DNA of 63,998 nt, counting the filler, from Reclinomonas americana ATCC 50394 (lineage: Eukaryota): NCBI GenBank assembly GCA_048213135.1. It is 9 parts of 4 records of this genome, joined end to end, with 100 filler letters (N's around TTAATTAATTAA, not from the genome) between each part and the next. Parts side by side here need not be neighbours in the genome. Positions count along the whole stretch, not along the records: positions 39,296 to 52,100 come from PS015115.1; positions 52,201 to 55,362 come from PS015115.1; positions 55,463 to 58,430 come from PS015117.1; positions 58,531 to 60,384 come from PS015118.1; positions 60,485 to 63,998 come from PS015121.1; 4 more parts are not named here. One strand, 5' to 3'. Both the position numbers and the translations under genes were made by a program. Below, in pieces: positions 50,601 through 61,692 of the stretch; position 1 is the stretch's first letter; every line of letters begins with the position of its first letter. The notes below the pieces were generated by a model that was given only the letters and a program-made list of their open reading frames with translations, did not search any database and was not told the origin of the DNA.

Positions 50601-52100
50601 CGGAGCATACGTGGTGGCGGACAAAGTAATGCTCGTGGGTGGCACCGGTGCTGCGAGCAATTGCACGGACGTAAGGACGATTCTTGACAGCAACGCAAAA
50701 ATTGCGCAGTTATCAACCTTGTGTGATGGTAAACATTTTGAAAAATGCCAGGCCACCAGCATCGACGGCGCGAAGGACCACTTGGAAGCCAGTGCCAATC
50801 TGACCGGCGGCAGTGATGCGAAGCGAGGCGCCAAGAATGTTGAACACGGCAGCATCGGTGCCGCCGCTCACCATAAACGTGTGAGTGTCACCAACATTTG
50901 GATCGATCGCAGAAAGTGTGCCGACCACAACATTGGCGACTGCCGTTGGCGGCGCATACGTGGAAGCTGACAGCACAATGTCAGTGGCTGGGACATTCAC
51001 TGCGCAGAACAAGTGGCGTGTCAGCACCAACACCACATCACCATCAACCATGAACGCCGACTCACCATCCACAATGGTAAACGTCTTGTCGAACCACAGT
51101 GCGCCAGAGTCGGTGACTCGAATGGTCACAGACAGATTCGTGCCGACCTGCCCCACATTGACCAGGCGCAAACTTGTTCCAGCAATCGAGAAGAGCGCAG
51201 CATGTGTTCCACCCTGAATCGTGTACACAGCCGTCTCCACAGTGTTCGGATCGGTTCGACTCAACGACCCGACAGCTGTTTGCGGGACCGTGGTCGGTGG
51301 AACGTAAGACGAGTTCGACAGTGCGATGTCCGTGGGCGGCATGTTGGCTGCGCGTGTGAACAGCGAGTGATACCACCATCAGCACCACACTTATCACACA
51401 AGCCCGCACACCAACAAACAAACACACACGCTGCTCGCTGTCCCTCTCTCTCACACACACAAATATACAAGCACGATTCGTACCTTCAGAGAGCGTCAAC
51501 GTCTTGTCAAACGTCCCACCCGCACCATCATTCGTCCGCACAATGACCACCAGATTGTTGCCCGTCAGTCCCGCAACATTCACCCGCAGCTGATTGCCAC
51601 TGATGTTGAACGACGCCGCATTCGCACCACCCACAATGCTGTACGTGAACGTCTGACAGCAGTTCGCGTCCACCGTCGACAGCGTGCCCACAACCGTGTT
51701 CAGTGGCGCAGGTACTGGCGTGTACAGTGTCGAGCTAATACTCACATCCGTTGGCGCAACATTGGCTGCGCCCACCACACCACATCAATCGTGTCAGCAG
51801 ACATCGCCCTCCCTTCTTTTTCCGTATTTCCCCTCCCACGCACCTTCGTCCACTGTAAACGTCTTCGAGAACGTGAGCGCCGCTGAGTCTGTCACACGAA
51901 TCGTTACCACAAGCCCGTTCCCAGTCTGTCCCACATTCGACAGCCGCAGTTGATTGCCCGCAATGTTGAACGCAGCCGCATTCGCCCCACCAGTAATGGC
52001 AAACGTGAACACATCACCAAGATTGCCATCGACGGCAACCAGCGTCCCCACTACCGCATTCGTTGACAGCGTCGGCGGCACATACGTCGATGACGACAAC
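41631..52100 (-). CDS. Polycystin-1-like receptor, 5' end lost in spacer: at least 8 cadherin-like repeats, REJ domain, GAIN/GPS, five TM helices
   Basis: Repeats N.PPT.I.LS...VGTL...D.N....F.I.GG...F.I.G..L....V.+R.TD..G..F...F.I (52100-49270). REJ motif NVPPTRGMLVCSPSEGVELETEF...FQDPDSPMPLTYTFF (~48640-48510). GPS CATSHMTDF (~46305-46280). TM1 at ~46110-46055, then QHLWVSAV...VRRVDK, TM2-3 (44325-44085) and TM4-5 with VLEPL (41975-41690). The exon junctions I checked join in frame. Confidence 0.85.
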
Positions 52101-52200
52101 NNNNNNNNNNNNNNNNNNNNNNNNNNNNNNNNNNNNNNNNNNNNTTAATTAATTAANNNNNNNNNNNNNNNNNNNNNNNNNNNNNNNNNNNNNNNNNNNN

Positions 52201-53183
52201 GCCCGGGCTGGCGATGCGCATGGGTGGTGCGGCGGCGGAAGGGCTCGTCGCCGTCGTGGTTGTGGTTGTAGTTGTGGTTGTGGTGGTGTCACCACCGATG
52301 GCTGTGTGGGAGGGGAAGGGAGAGGAAAGGAAGCGGGTTGAGTGGATCGGTGGTGGGGATCGAGGGGGGATGGTGGAATCAACGCACACGCGCAGGCGGC
52401 GAGTGTTGCGCAGAGAAGGGAGTACATGGGAGGGAGGGAGGGAAAGGGAGGACGGGGCGGGAGAAGTGCGCAATTGAGAGGGGGGAGTGTGAACTAGAGA
52501 GCGGGCGAGCGTGGGTAAGAAGGAGGGCGAGCGGGTGTACAAAAACGAGAGGGACAGCGAGCGCGAGAGAGAGAGGACGACAAGCGCAAGAAAGAGGACA
52601 AGCGTACGCACGAGAGAGGGAGAGGGTGTGAAAGAGAGACGGCGAGGGTGTGCACGAGAACGAGAGGGGGGAGGTAAATGTTTTAAGAGAGAGTGAACGT
52701 ATGTGCTGCAGACACGATCCCCCGGAGAACGGTAGTGTTATCCTGTGAATGAATGCAGAAGGAATGAAAGCGTGTGACAGCTTGCGTGAGAAATGAGAGC
52801 GACTGAATGAGTATCCCTGTGTGAAGATACACAGCTCCCCTCCTCTCCCACCCTGTCCCCAATTGTCTCCTTGTCTGCCTGTCCTCACTTGTCGCGGAAG
52901 ATTCCTCGAGGGAGACAAGAGAGTGCGCAAGTGAGCGAGGACAATGCAGCTTGTATGTCGAGCGTGCAAAGGATGTGTGCAAGAGAAGGGGGATCGTTTG
53001 CAGCTTGGGAGAAAACAAGAGAGGAGAGTGCTCAGAATCACTCTCGGAATGCTTTGTCTGCCACTGAGAAGAGAGAAAGAGAGAGAGTGAAGGAAAACGA
53101 GTGTCCTTGCATTGCTTCTCAGAAACGCAGAGGACAGAAGTGAGAGAACTTGAGCACGCTTCTACCTGTCCCTCTTCTCCTCC

Positions 53184-53215
<32 letters not shown>

Positions 53216-53627
53216 TGAATCAAAAGAGCGTCCTTGCATTGCTTCTCTTGAGCACAGAGTGCAGGAGAGAACTTGAGCACGCTTCTACCTGAGAGAGAGA
53301 GAGAGAGTAAAGCCGAGAGTCCATCAGACATCTCCTCTCGTGTGCGAGTACAGAATTGCGAGAGTTGAGAAGGAGAGAGCGCGTGAGGCAGTGTGTGTCT
53401 CTCTCTCCTTCTCCTCCACTTCTCCCTCGAGAGTGAGAATGAGAGAGCGCGTGAGGCAGTGTGTGTCTCTCTCCTTCACCTCCACTACTCCCTCGAGAGT
53501 GATAAAGAGAAAGCGCGTGAGGCAGTGTGTGTCTCTCTCCTTCACCTCCACTACCTCCCTTGAGAGCGAGAAAGAGAGAGCGCGTGAGGCAGTGTGTGTG
53601 TGTCTGTCTCTCTCCTTCTCCTCCACT

Positions 53628-53705
<78 letters not shown>

Positions 53706-53825
53706 TCCTGTTCACTCTCACTCACGATTCCTCATGGCCATTGCCGCCGCCTCCTGGAACGACTCGGTGCGTGGCAGATACTGTCCACCGCGAGCACCAT
53801 TCCCGCCACCGCCAAACGCCGCCAT
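52201..53825 (-). CDS. 5' part of a hypothetical gene (two exons, ~1.4 kb repeat-rich intron), truncated by spacer
   Basis: Exon 53825-53726 (MAAFGGGGNGARGGQYLPRTESFQEAAAMAMRN, donor GTGAGT) joins in phase 1 to exon 52301-52201 (PIGGDTTTTTTTTTTTATSPSAAAPPMRIASPG). Confidence 0.55.
53375..53700. repeat. Intronic minisatellite: four ~66-70 bp units (GCGCGTGAGGCAGTGTGTGTCTCTCTCCTTC.CCTCCACT...) followed by (CT)n
   Basis: Unit cores start near 53379, 53447, 53513 and 53580. A separate two-copy ~125 bp repeat (GTCCTTGCATTGCTTCTC...GAGAACTTGAGCACGCTTCTACCTG) lies at ~53103-53291. Confidence 0.9.
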
Positions 53826-54938
53826 GACGCAAAAAAAGTCGACTTGAAGTGAGAGAGAGCGGGAAGAGTCACTGTGAGAGATGAGAGAGAGGAGAAATTA
53901 GTGTGAGGAAAAATTTGGTGTCAGAGACAGTGAGTGGTGTGCGTGTGCGCGTGTGTGTGTTTGGCAGTGTGTGGGAGAGAGACAACGAGAGAGTGTGTGT
54001 GCGTGTGTGTGTTCGAGTGTGAGTGTGAGAAGTGGGCAATGCCTGCGCGCCAGTGAGAGAATTGAAATGCGCGTTGCGTCTTGTGTCGCACGCTATGAGT
54101 GTTTGCGCGTGTAACAGAGAGAGTTGTTCTTGCTAGTGTCTGACGGTGTGTGTGTGTGTGTGCTCACCAACCAGAAGTGTGTGGAACTTGAGTGGAATTC
54201 CGGTGGACGGATGCGACTTTTGTGTAAGGTTGGCTCAGAGCGGTGAGCTCTTTGCGGATGTGCGTCTCTCGGAGTCTGCTTGATGGCGATGGGCAGTAGG
54301 CGGAATAACGCGGTCTGTGCACTTTGCAATTCGAATTACCGAATTTGTAAAATTCAGAGAGGGAAGAGGACGGTTTGCAGCGGATCAGAAGCAGTTTCCG
54401 CAGTGTGTGCGTTGGAAGCTACTCCTATACGCGTTTGGATTGCTGCAGTGAGAGAAATTGAAGCGGAAATGCGAAAGCTGTGAAAAAATCGTCACAGTTC
54501 TGCAACTCAGCGCCGGAAAACAAAGCTCACTTGTCGTCTATGAAGAGAGTATACACAAGTTTCTAGATCAACCTTCACCAGACAGCCATCTTCCGTCCGG
54601 ATCCAAGTGAGTACAAGCGCCGAAGTTCGAATTCGTCTCGCCGAGCTGACACACAATTCGAAACCATCGTAGCTGGGTCTACAGTTACAGCGCAAGGTTC
54701 TAGCTTCCTGCGAGCTGCTGTGCGGCCGCTGCAGCTGGTCGGTTTCAGTTTCTATTGACGACTTCGCGTGTCCGGATCCGACTCAGAAAATCCTGCTTCG
54801 CTCCTCATACGCAGTGTAATATACCCGCTGCCTCTGCTTCCGCTGAGCTTGAGCTGCAGCCTCGCCTTGGCGGTGCTGCCTTGTCGACTTCGCAAGCAGG
54901 ACAAGTTGATTTTTCGCGCGCGATTGATTGCAAGAGAG

Positions 54939-55246
54939 ATGGCTTCACTCGCTGACCTCAAAGCAGGTTTGAGCGTGTCTCTCTCTCTCTCTCTCTTCGT
55001 CTCTCTCTTCATCTCTCTTTGTCTCTCTCTTTGTCTTTCTCTTTGTCTTTCCCTCTCTCCCTCTCTCCATCTCTCTCTCTCTCTCTCCGTCTCCCCATCT
55101 CTCTCTGTCTCTCTCACTCACTCACAAACACACTCTCTCGTTTCTTGTGTGTTTCAGTGCTCAAGGAGAACCTGGAGGCGACTGGAGTGATGCGACAACT
55201 CAAGTCGCAACTGCGCGCAGCGGTGTTCAGGAGCATGGCAGAGGAT
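54939..55246 (+). CDS. CEP20: Centrosomal/basal-body protein FOR20 (CEP20/FOPNL family), first two exons only
   Basis: Spliced MASLADLKA/VLKENLEATGVMRQLKSQLRAAVFRSMAED parallels the FOR20 N-terminus (ELKAVLKDTLEKKGVLGHLKARIRAEVF). The rest is lost at the spacer. Confidence 0.82.
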
Positions 55247-55529
55247 GTGAGTGAGAGAGGAGAGGGAACGAGGGGGGAAAAGGGAAGGAAGAGAGAGAGA
55301 GACTGTCAGCCATTCTCACTCTGTCTTTCACACGTGAATGGAGAGAGAGAGATAGAGAGAGANNNNNNNNNNNNNNNNNNNNNNNNNNNNNNNNNNNNNN
55401 NNNNNNTTAATTAATTAANNNNNNNNNNNNNNNNNNNNNNNNNNNNNNNNNNNNNNNNNNNNCTTTGTTGTCTTCCCCCCTCCTCTCTCTCTGTTTCTAT
55501 TCAGCTCACTCACCTTCCCTTTTTGCAAG

Positions 55530-56601
55530 AACCCTGCGCTCCTGCTGGCTTCGTCGCACTCGTCACGCCGCCACGCGCTCCACTGTCTTTTGCACGATTT
55601 CACTGCGACAGTCGGCGGTGGCTGGCGAGGGCGGTGTGCACGAATCGCCGCTGTTTGCCCGGCTGCAGCTGGTCGAGCTGGCGCCGGCGTTGCTGGCCAC
55701 CACGTCGGGCGACTGTCGCGCGGAGGCACTGGTGCTGTCGCGTGTGCTGCAGATGCTGTCGGCTCGCCCCGCGCCCTCCTCGTTGGCCACCGTGCCGTAC
55801 CGTGAGGCGACGCTGACGCGCCTGCTGTGTCAGGCTCTCGGCGGCAATTGCCGCACGGTGATGGTGGCGTGCGTGTCGCCGGCATGGAGCGACGCCGCCG
55901 AATCCATGTGCACGCTGCAGTTTGCGTCGCCGCTGGTCTCCCGCGTCTTCAATCGGCCGCATCCCAATCGGTGGAGGGACGAAGGGTCGATCACCAAGGC
56001 GCAGTGGCGAATCGCCGAGTTGGAGCGGGAGCTGGCGCAGACGGTGAACGATCAGGCCGAGTGGAGACGCGAGCAGGACTGGCTGCGCGCGCGTGTCGAC
56101 GCTCTGGAGAACGTGCAGCAGCAGCTCGACGCCGCGAATGTGCGCATGGCGGCGCTGGAGGCCGAACGTGCGCAGGCCTTGCTGCAGGCCGCCTCCGCCT
56201 TGGAGGAGATGGAACAGTTGCGCGTGTCGCAGGCGGAGGCCGTGGCGCGTGCGCAGGGCGTGGTGGAAAACGTGCGGGCCATGCACGAGCAGGAAAAGGC
56301 GGCGTTGGCGGCCGCGCACCAGCAAGAACAAAGCAGATTAGAGGCGGAGCACGAGAGTGGTAAGGAGGAGTTGCGCAAGGAGCTGGCGGCAGCGAGAAAG
56401 GAGATGAAGGCGCTGCAGGACGAGAACGAGGAGCTGCAGCGTGTGGTGGAGGACACGCGGTGTGAGCTGGCCGATCACAAGGATGCGCTGGCGGAGCTGA
56501 ATGTGGAGGTCGACGAGCGGGACGAGTCTATTGCCAATATGCAACACAAGTGCCGGTCGTTGCAGGCGGAGGTGGAGAGGTGGAGGAAGGAGGTGGCGGA
56601 G
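55530..56601 (+). CDS. Divergent kinesin: C-terminal half of the motor domain plus coiled coil (internal exon)
   Basis: VPYREATLTRLLCQALGGNCRTVMVACVSP...ESMCTLQFAS...NRPHPN, followed by a heptad-rich helix. Confidence 0.88.
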
Positions 56602-57600
56602 GTGAGGAAAGGGAGAAGGAAGAAAGGAGTGGAAAGGGGGGACAAGTGAGAAGGATGCGACAGAGCGCGATTAGGGAAGGAAGAGCGTGTTCTCTTCATT
56701 GATTATGAGTCTCTTTCTCTCGCTGCATCTGGACAATCTGTATATCTCTGGTTCTCATGTTCATGTTGTTACTGTCTCTTCGCTTATTNNNNNNNNNNNN
56801 NNNNNNNNNNNNNNNNNNNNNNNNNNNNNNNNNNNNNNNNNNNNNNNNNNNNNNNNNNNNNNNNNNNNNNNNNNNNNNNNNNNNNNNNNNNNNNNNNNNN
56901 NNNNNNNNNNNNNNNNNNNNNNNNNNNNNNNNNNNNNNNNNNNNNNNNNNNNNNNNNNNNNNNNNNNNNNNNNNNNNNNNNNNNNNNNNNNNNNNNNNNN
57001 NNNNNNNNNNNNNNNNNNNNNNNNNNNNNNNNNNNNNNNNNNNNNNNNNNNNNNNNNNNNNNNNNNNNNNNNNNNNNNNNNNNNNNNNNNNNNNNNNNNN
57101 NNNNNNNNNNNNNNNNNNNNNNNNNNNNNNNNNNNNNNNNNNNNNNNNNNNNNNNNNNNNNNNNNNNNNNNNNNNNNNNNNNNNNNNNNNNNNNNNNNNN
57201 NNNNNNNNNNNNNNNNNNNNNNNNNNNNNNNNNNNNNNNNNNNNNNNNNNNNNNNNNNNNNNNNNNNNNNNNNNNNNNNNNNNNNNNNNNNNNNNNNNNN
57301 NNNNNNNNNNNNNNNNNNNNNNNNNNNNNNNNNNNNNNNNNNNNNNNNNNNNNNNNNNNNNNNNNNNNNNNNNNNNNNNNNNNNNNNNNNNNNNNNNNNN
57401 NNNNNNNNNNNNNNNNNNNNNNNNNNNNNNNNNNNNNNNNNNNNNNNNNNNNNNNNNNNNNNNNNNNNNNNNNNNNNNNNNNNNNNNNNNNNNNNNNNNN
57501 NNNNNNNNNNNNNNNNNNNNNNNNNNNNNNNNNNNNNNNNNNNNNNNNNNNNNNNNNNNNNNNNNNNNNNNNNNNNNNNNNNNNNNNNNNNNTCGTCGTC

Positions 57601-57653
<53 letters not shown>

Positions 57654-57950
57654 CTTTCTCATGACTTCTACCATTGCTTCTTTGAAACAGCCTTTGTTGT
57701 TTACTAACTATCGTGTCGCTTTGCATGTACTCCTTCCTGATTCTTCTCTCTCTCCCACACTCTCTCCGCTTCTTGCAGTCCACTTTCATTCGTATTCATA
57801 GTGCGTCTGTACGCTTTGCGACTGATTCCTTCCTGATACTCGCCTTCCAGTCGATGTGCATCGTTCATGTTCTCATGCTCTGCTTTTCTCGTTGCCTTGT
57901 CCTGCTCACTGGCTGATCTGCTCCTTTCCTTGTTGGATTCTGTTTGTTGG

Positions 57951-57992
<42 letters not shown>

Positions 57993-58530
57993 TTCTCCTC
58001 CCTCACTGCATTCTTTCGTCCAGTCGGCATGTCTGCTTTGATCGCAGTCTCCTCGTTTTCTTGCGCTCCTCACTGGCTGGCCTGCTTCTTTCCTTGTTGG
58101 ATTTTGTTTGTGGCGCTTTCTCTCTCTCCGCTTCTTCATGCTTACCTGCATCGTTTGCGTTCTCAGTGCGTCATTGTCATGTATTTCCTCTCCTCTCTGC
58201 CTTCTCGATTCTTCGATTTCCTCTATTTCTCTCTTTTACTCCCTCCCTCTTTGCATCTCTTCTTCCGCTCGATATGCATTGTTCGTGCTCGTGTGCACTT
58301 CATTGTTTGCAGTCTCCTCGTTTCCTTGTCGTGCTCACTGGCTGACCACCGTGCTTGTCTTTCTTGAATTCCTTTCTGACTTTCGTTCTCCCTTGTTCCC
58401 TTCCTCCCATACTCCCTCTCTCTCTCTCTCNNNNNNNNNNNNNNNNNNNNNNNNNNNNNNNNNNNNNNNNNNNNTTAATTAATTAANNNNNNNNNNNNNN
58501 NNNNNNNNNNNNNNNNNNNNNNNNNNNNNN

Positions 58531-60134
58531 CACGCGCGGCGACGCATCTATCTCGGGCAATCTCAACGTGCAAGACGGCTTGTTATGTACCACTGCAAGT
58601 ACGTCCAGTAAGAGCGTCGGCGTCAACACGTGCTCACCCGATCGAGCCGTGGCCGTGGCCGGCGGTTTACGTGTCACCTCTGGTGTACCTTCCAGTACCA
58701 CCACCACCTCTAATGATGTCGGTATCACATTTGGTCCGACGGGGTCGGAAGGAACGGGAATCTACACACAGCCGGGTGAGTGGGCGATGTCGAAGAAGGA
58801 TGTGATTGCTCTTTTTTTCCTGCTGCTCGTGGCTGGCTTTTCGAGCTCGAATCCTCTCGCCCTGTTTTTTTACTTGCGCTTGTGTCTGCATGTCTTGTGC
58901 ATTTTTATCCATCTCTTTCTTCACTTGTCCATTCCACTGACCATTCCGCACTTTCCTCTCCTTCTTGCCCACTTGAGTGTTATTCACTATTTATGTCCCC
59001 TCTTCTTCCTCTGTTGTCACGTGACTGGCATTTCCTTTCCGTCTTGCCCGCCGTGTCTCTTTGCTGAGCTTCACTTTTTCACTCTTGTCAGTATCTCCAC
59101 TCTGTTTCTTACGCGCCCTTGCCGTGCTCTCTTCTTTGTTCCATCTTGCTCACCTTGTCTCGCTTCTGAACTTCTCTTTCATTCGCTCTTTCGTCCCTGC
59201 GTCTCTCTCAGTGTCTCCCACCTGTTTCGCTTGTTGCTCCTTGCTGTTGGCATCACGCTCGTTTATCGTCGCTTCTCGTCGCTTGTTTGCTCTTTACACC
59301 ATGTGATTGCTTGCCGCTGTCATGCGCATGCTCTCTTCCACTCTGTCTCTCTCACACTCCCTTCATTATTCCCCGTCCCTTTCCCCTCTTTTCCCCCTTC
59401 TCCTCACCCTTCCTCCGCGCAGTGGGCACCATCTCGTCTACCACCCGCCGCCTTTTGCGCCACGAGGCAACCGCCCTGGCATCTGCTACCGCCACTGGCC
59501 CTGCAGCAGCTAGCGGCAACACCAACAACAGCGGCAGCAGCATCCCCACAGTGGAAAATGAGGCACCGGGAAATCAAGTGCTCTCGCTGCTGGGCATGGA
59601 AGCCGATTTGGATGCCGCCTCGCTGCCGTCACTCGCCGCGCAACAGCGTCGTCTGTTGCAGACCAATTCTACCACGGCGAGCGGGCAGGCTCAGACCATG
59701 ATCTTCCAGACGAACGGGAACCAAATCATGCTGTTGCCGGCGTCGGTGTCGTCGCCGATTGTCATGTACACGCCACTCGATGTGCGCGGAACAATCAGCG
59801 TCGGTGCCACGCAGGCCTTCTCGTCCTCCAATGCCATGCTGCAGAGTTGCGTTGCTACAGCTGCAGAAGCACGTAGTCTTCTTGGCGAGACACTCATCTC
59901 TCGCGCGCTGCACAGTCAACGCCGCGTCGGCCTTCACCAACGGCGTCGCCATTGGCCCGAGTGCGGCACTGACTGTGAAGAACGATCGCTCTGTGACGGT
60001 CGGTGCTGATGGCGAACGGCTGCTGATGACTGTCAATGGATCTGTACGCGCCGGCAAGGGCGCGCCGTCGACCACCAAGCCGCAGGGCTTTGCCTTTGAG
60101 GCCGATCACGACACGGGCATGTTTGCCAGCGGTG
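58531..60134 (+). CDS. Partial spliced gene with phage-tail-fibre-like beta repeats and two RRLL motifs
   Basis: Three exons (58531-58775, 59423-59845, 59916-60134) join in frame. Two related units: VGVNTCSP..VAGGLRVTSGVP..GITF..GTGIY and TVNGSVRAGKGAP..GFAFEADHDTGMF. Confidence 0.6.
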
Positions 60135-60484
60135 GTGAGTCTTGATGAGATAGGACAGGAAGGAGGCGATCCTGTTTCTTGTTGACATTGCGGCACCTTT
60201 TCTACACTCGTGCGCTGAATTCTTGCACGTATTATGTTTTGTTCTTGTGCTGCTCGACAAATTCCTGCTTTGTATCTGTTTTTTTCTGTCTCATTCAGTG
60301 CGCTCCCTTCAGTTCCTCTCGGCCTTTTCCCCCATCACTCGCTTCATTCCCTCGGTCTTCTCTCTCTCTCTCTCTGTCTGTCTCNNNNNNNNNNNNNNNN
60401 NNNNNNNNNNNNNNNNNNNNNNNNNNNNTTAATTAATTAANNNNNNNNNNNNNNNNNNNNNNNNNNNNNNNNNNNNNNNNNNNN

Positions 60485-61100
60485 GCGGCAAAGTCGCCGA
60501 CCAGGCGCGGAGCGGCGTAGGGAGTGAACTTGGAGTGGCCAGAGGCCGGGCGAATGCGATACATCCAGCTGCAGAGAGCAGAGAGGGAGAGAAGGTTAAG
60601 GGAGAAGGGGGAAGGGGAGGGAGAAGGGGGAAGGGGAGGGAGAAGGGGGAAGGGAGAGGGAGGGGGAAGGGAGAGGGAGAAGGGGAGGGGGAGCGAGAGG
60701 AGGAGGAGAAGGAGGAGAACAAGAAGAAGAAGAAGGAGGAGGAGGAGAAGAAGAAGAAGAATGAGGAGGAGAAGAAGGAGAAGAAGAAGGACGAAGAGGA
60801 GGACATGGGGAAGAAGAAGGTCACACTGAGGATGAGGAAGACGGGAAAAGTAAGAACAAGAAGAAGAAGAAGAAGATGATGATGATGAAGGAAAGGAGGA
60901 TGAGGAAGACGGGAAAAGAAAGGCACAGCTTTCCTCATTCCCCCCCCTCTCTCTCTCTCTCTCTCTTCGCGCGCAACGTCCGCTGATTGGAGACTCGCGG
61001 CGAGGTGAAGCTCGTGCCCGACAACTGCTCCGCAATGAGACCATACGGGCACGTCTTTGGGGTGAGCTGCCCGCGCGGAGGCAACGCATTCGGCAGTGCC
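60485..61100 (-). CDS. HGD: Homogentisate 1,2-dioxygenase, N-terminal exons, in inverted orientation relative to the rest of the gene
   Basis: [54 protein letters not shown]. Confidence 0.92.
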
Positions 61101-61692
61101 TNNNNNNNNNNNNNNNNNNNNNNNNNNNNNNNNNNNNNNNNNNNNNNNNNNNNNNNNNNNNNNNNNNNNNNNNNNNNNNNNNNNNNNNNNNNNNNNNNNN
61201 NNNNNNNNNNNNNNNNNNNNNNNNNNNNNNNNNNNNNNNNNNNNNNNNNNNNNNNNNNNNNNNNNNNNNNNNNNNNNNNNNNNNNNNNNNNNNNNNNNNN
61301 NNNNNNNNNNNNNNNNNNNNNNNNNNNNNNNNNNNNNNNNNNNNNNNNNNNNNNNNNNNNNNNNNNNNNNNNNNNNNNNNNNNNNNNNNNNNNNNNNNNN
61401 NNNNNNNNNNNNNNNNNNNNNNNNNNNNNNNNNNNNNNNNNNNNNNNNNNNNNNNNNNNNNNNNNNNNNNNNNNNNNNNNNNNNNNNNNNNNNNNNNNNN
61501 NNNNNNNNNNNNNNNNNNNNNNNNNNNNNNNNNNNNNNNNNNNNNNNNNNNNNNNNNNNNNNNNNNNNNNNNNNNNNNNNNNNNNNNNNNNNNNNNNNNN
61601 NNNNNNNNNNNNNNNNNNNNNNNNNNNNNNNNNNNNNNNNNNNNNNNNNNNNNNNNNNNNNNNNNNNNNNNNNNNNNNNNNNNNNNNNNNNN

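Noticed and set aside
52153-52611. ORF beginning MRTLVLFLALVVLSLS as the signal peptide of the cadherin-polycystin gene
   Set aside because: It starts at GTG within CT-rich intron-like sequence. The Thr-rich exon instead splices in phase to an upstream exon at 53825-53726 that has no signal peptide, and a spacer separates it from the cadherin exons.
53375-53630. Regularly spaced repeats as a CRISPR array
   Set aside because: The units are near-identical along their whole length with no unique spacers, there are no cas genes, and the context is a eukaryotic intron.
56687-58482. ORFs spanning N runs and hydrophobic Leu/Ser/Phe ORFs, as membrane proteins
   Set aside because: Artefacts of gaps and CT-rich non-coding sequence; the same applies to 58776-59422 and 63424-63997.
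60580-60935. Glu/Lys-rich or Arg-rich ORFs on the plus strand
   Set aside because: This is the purine-rich complement of a pyrimidine-rich HGD intron on the minus strand.
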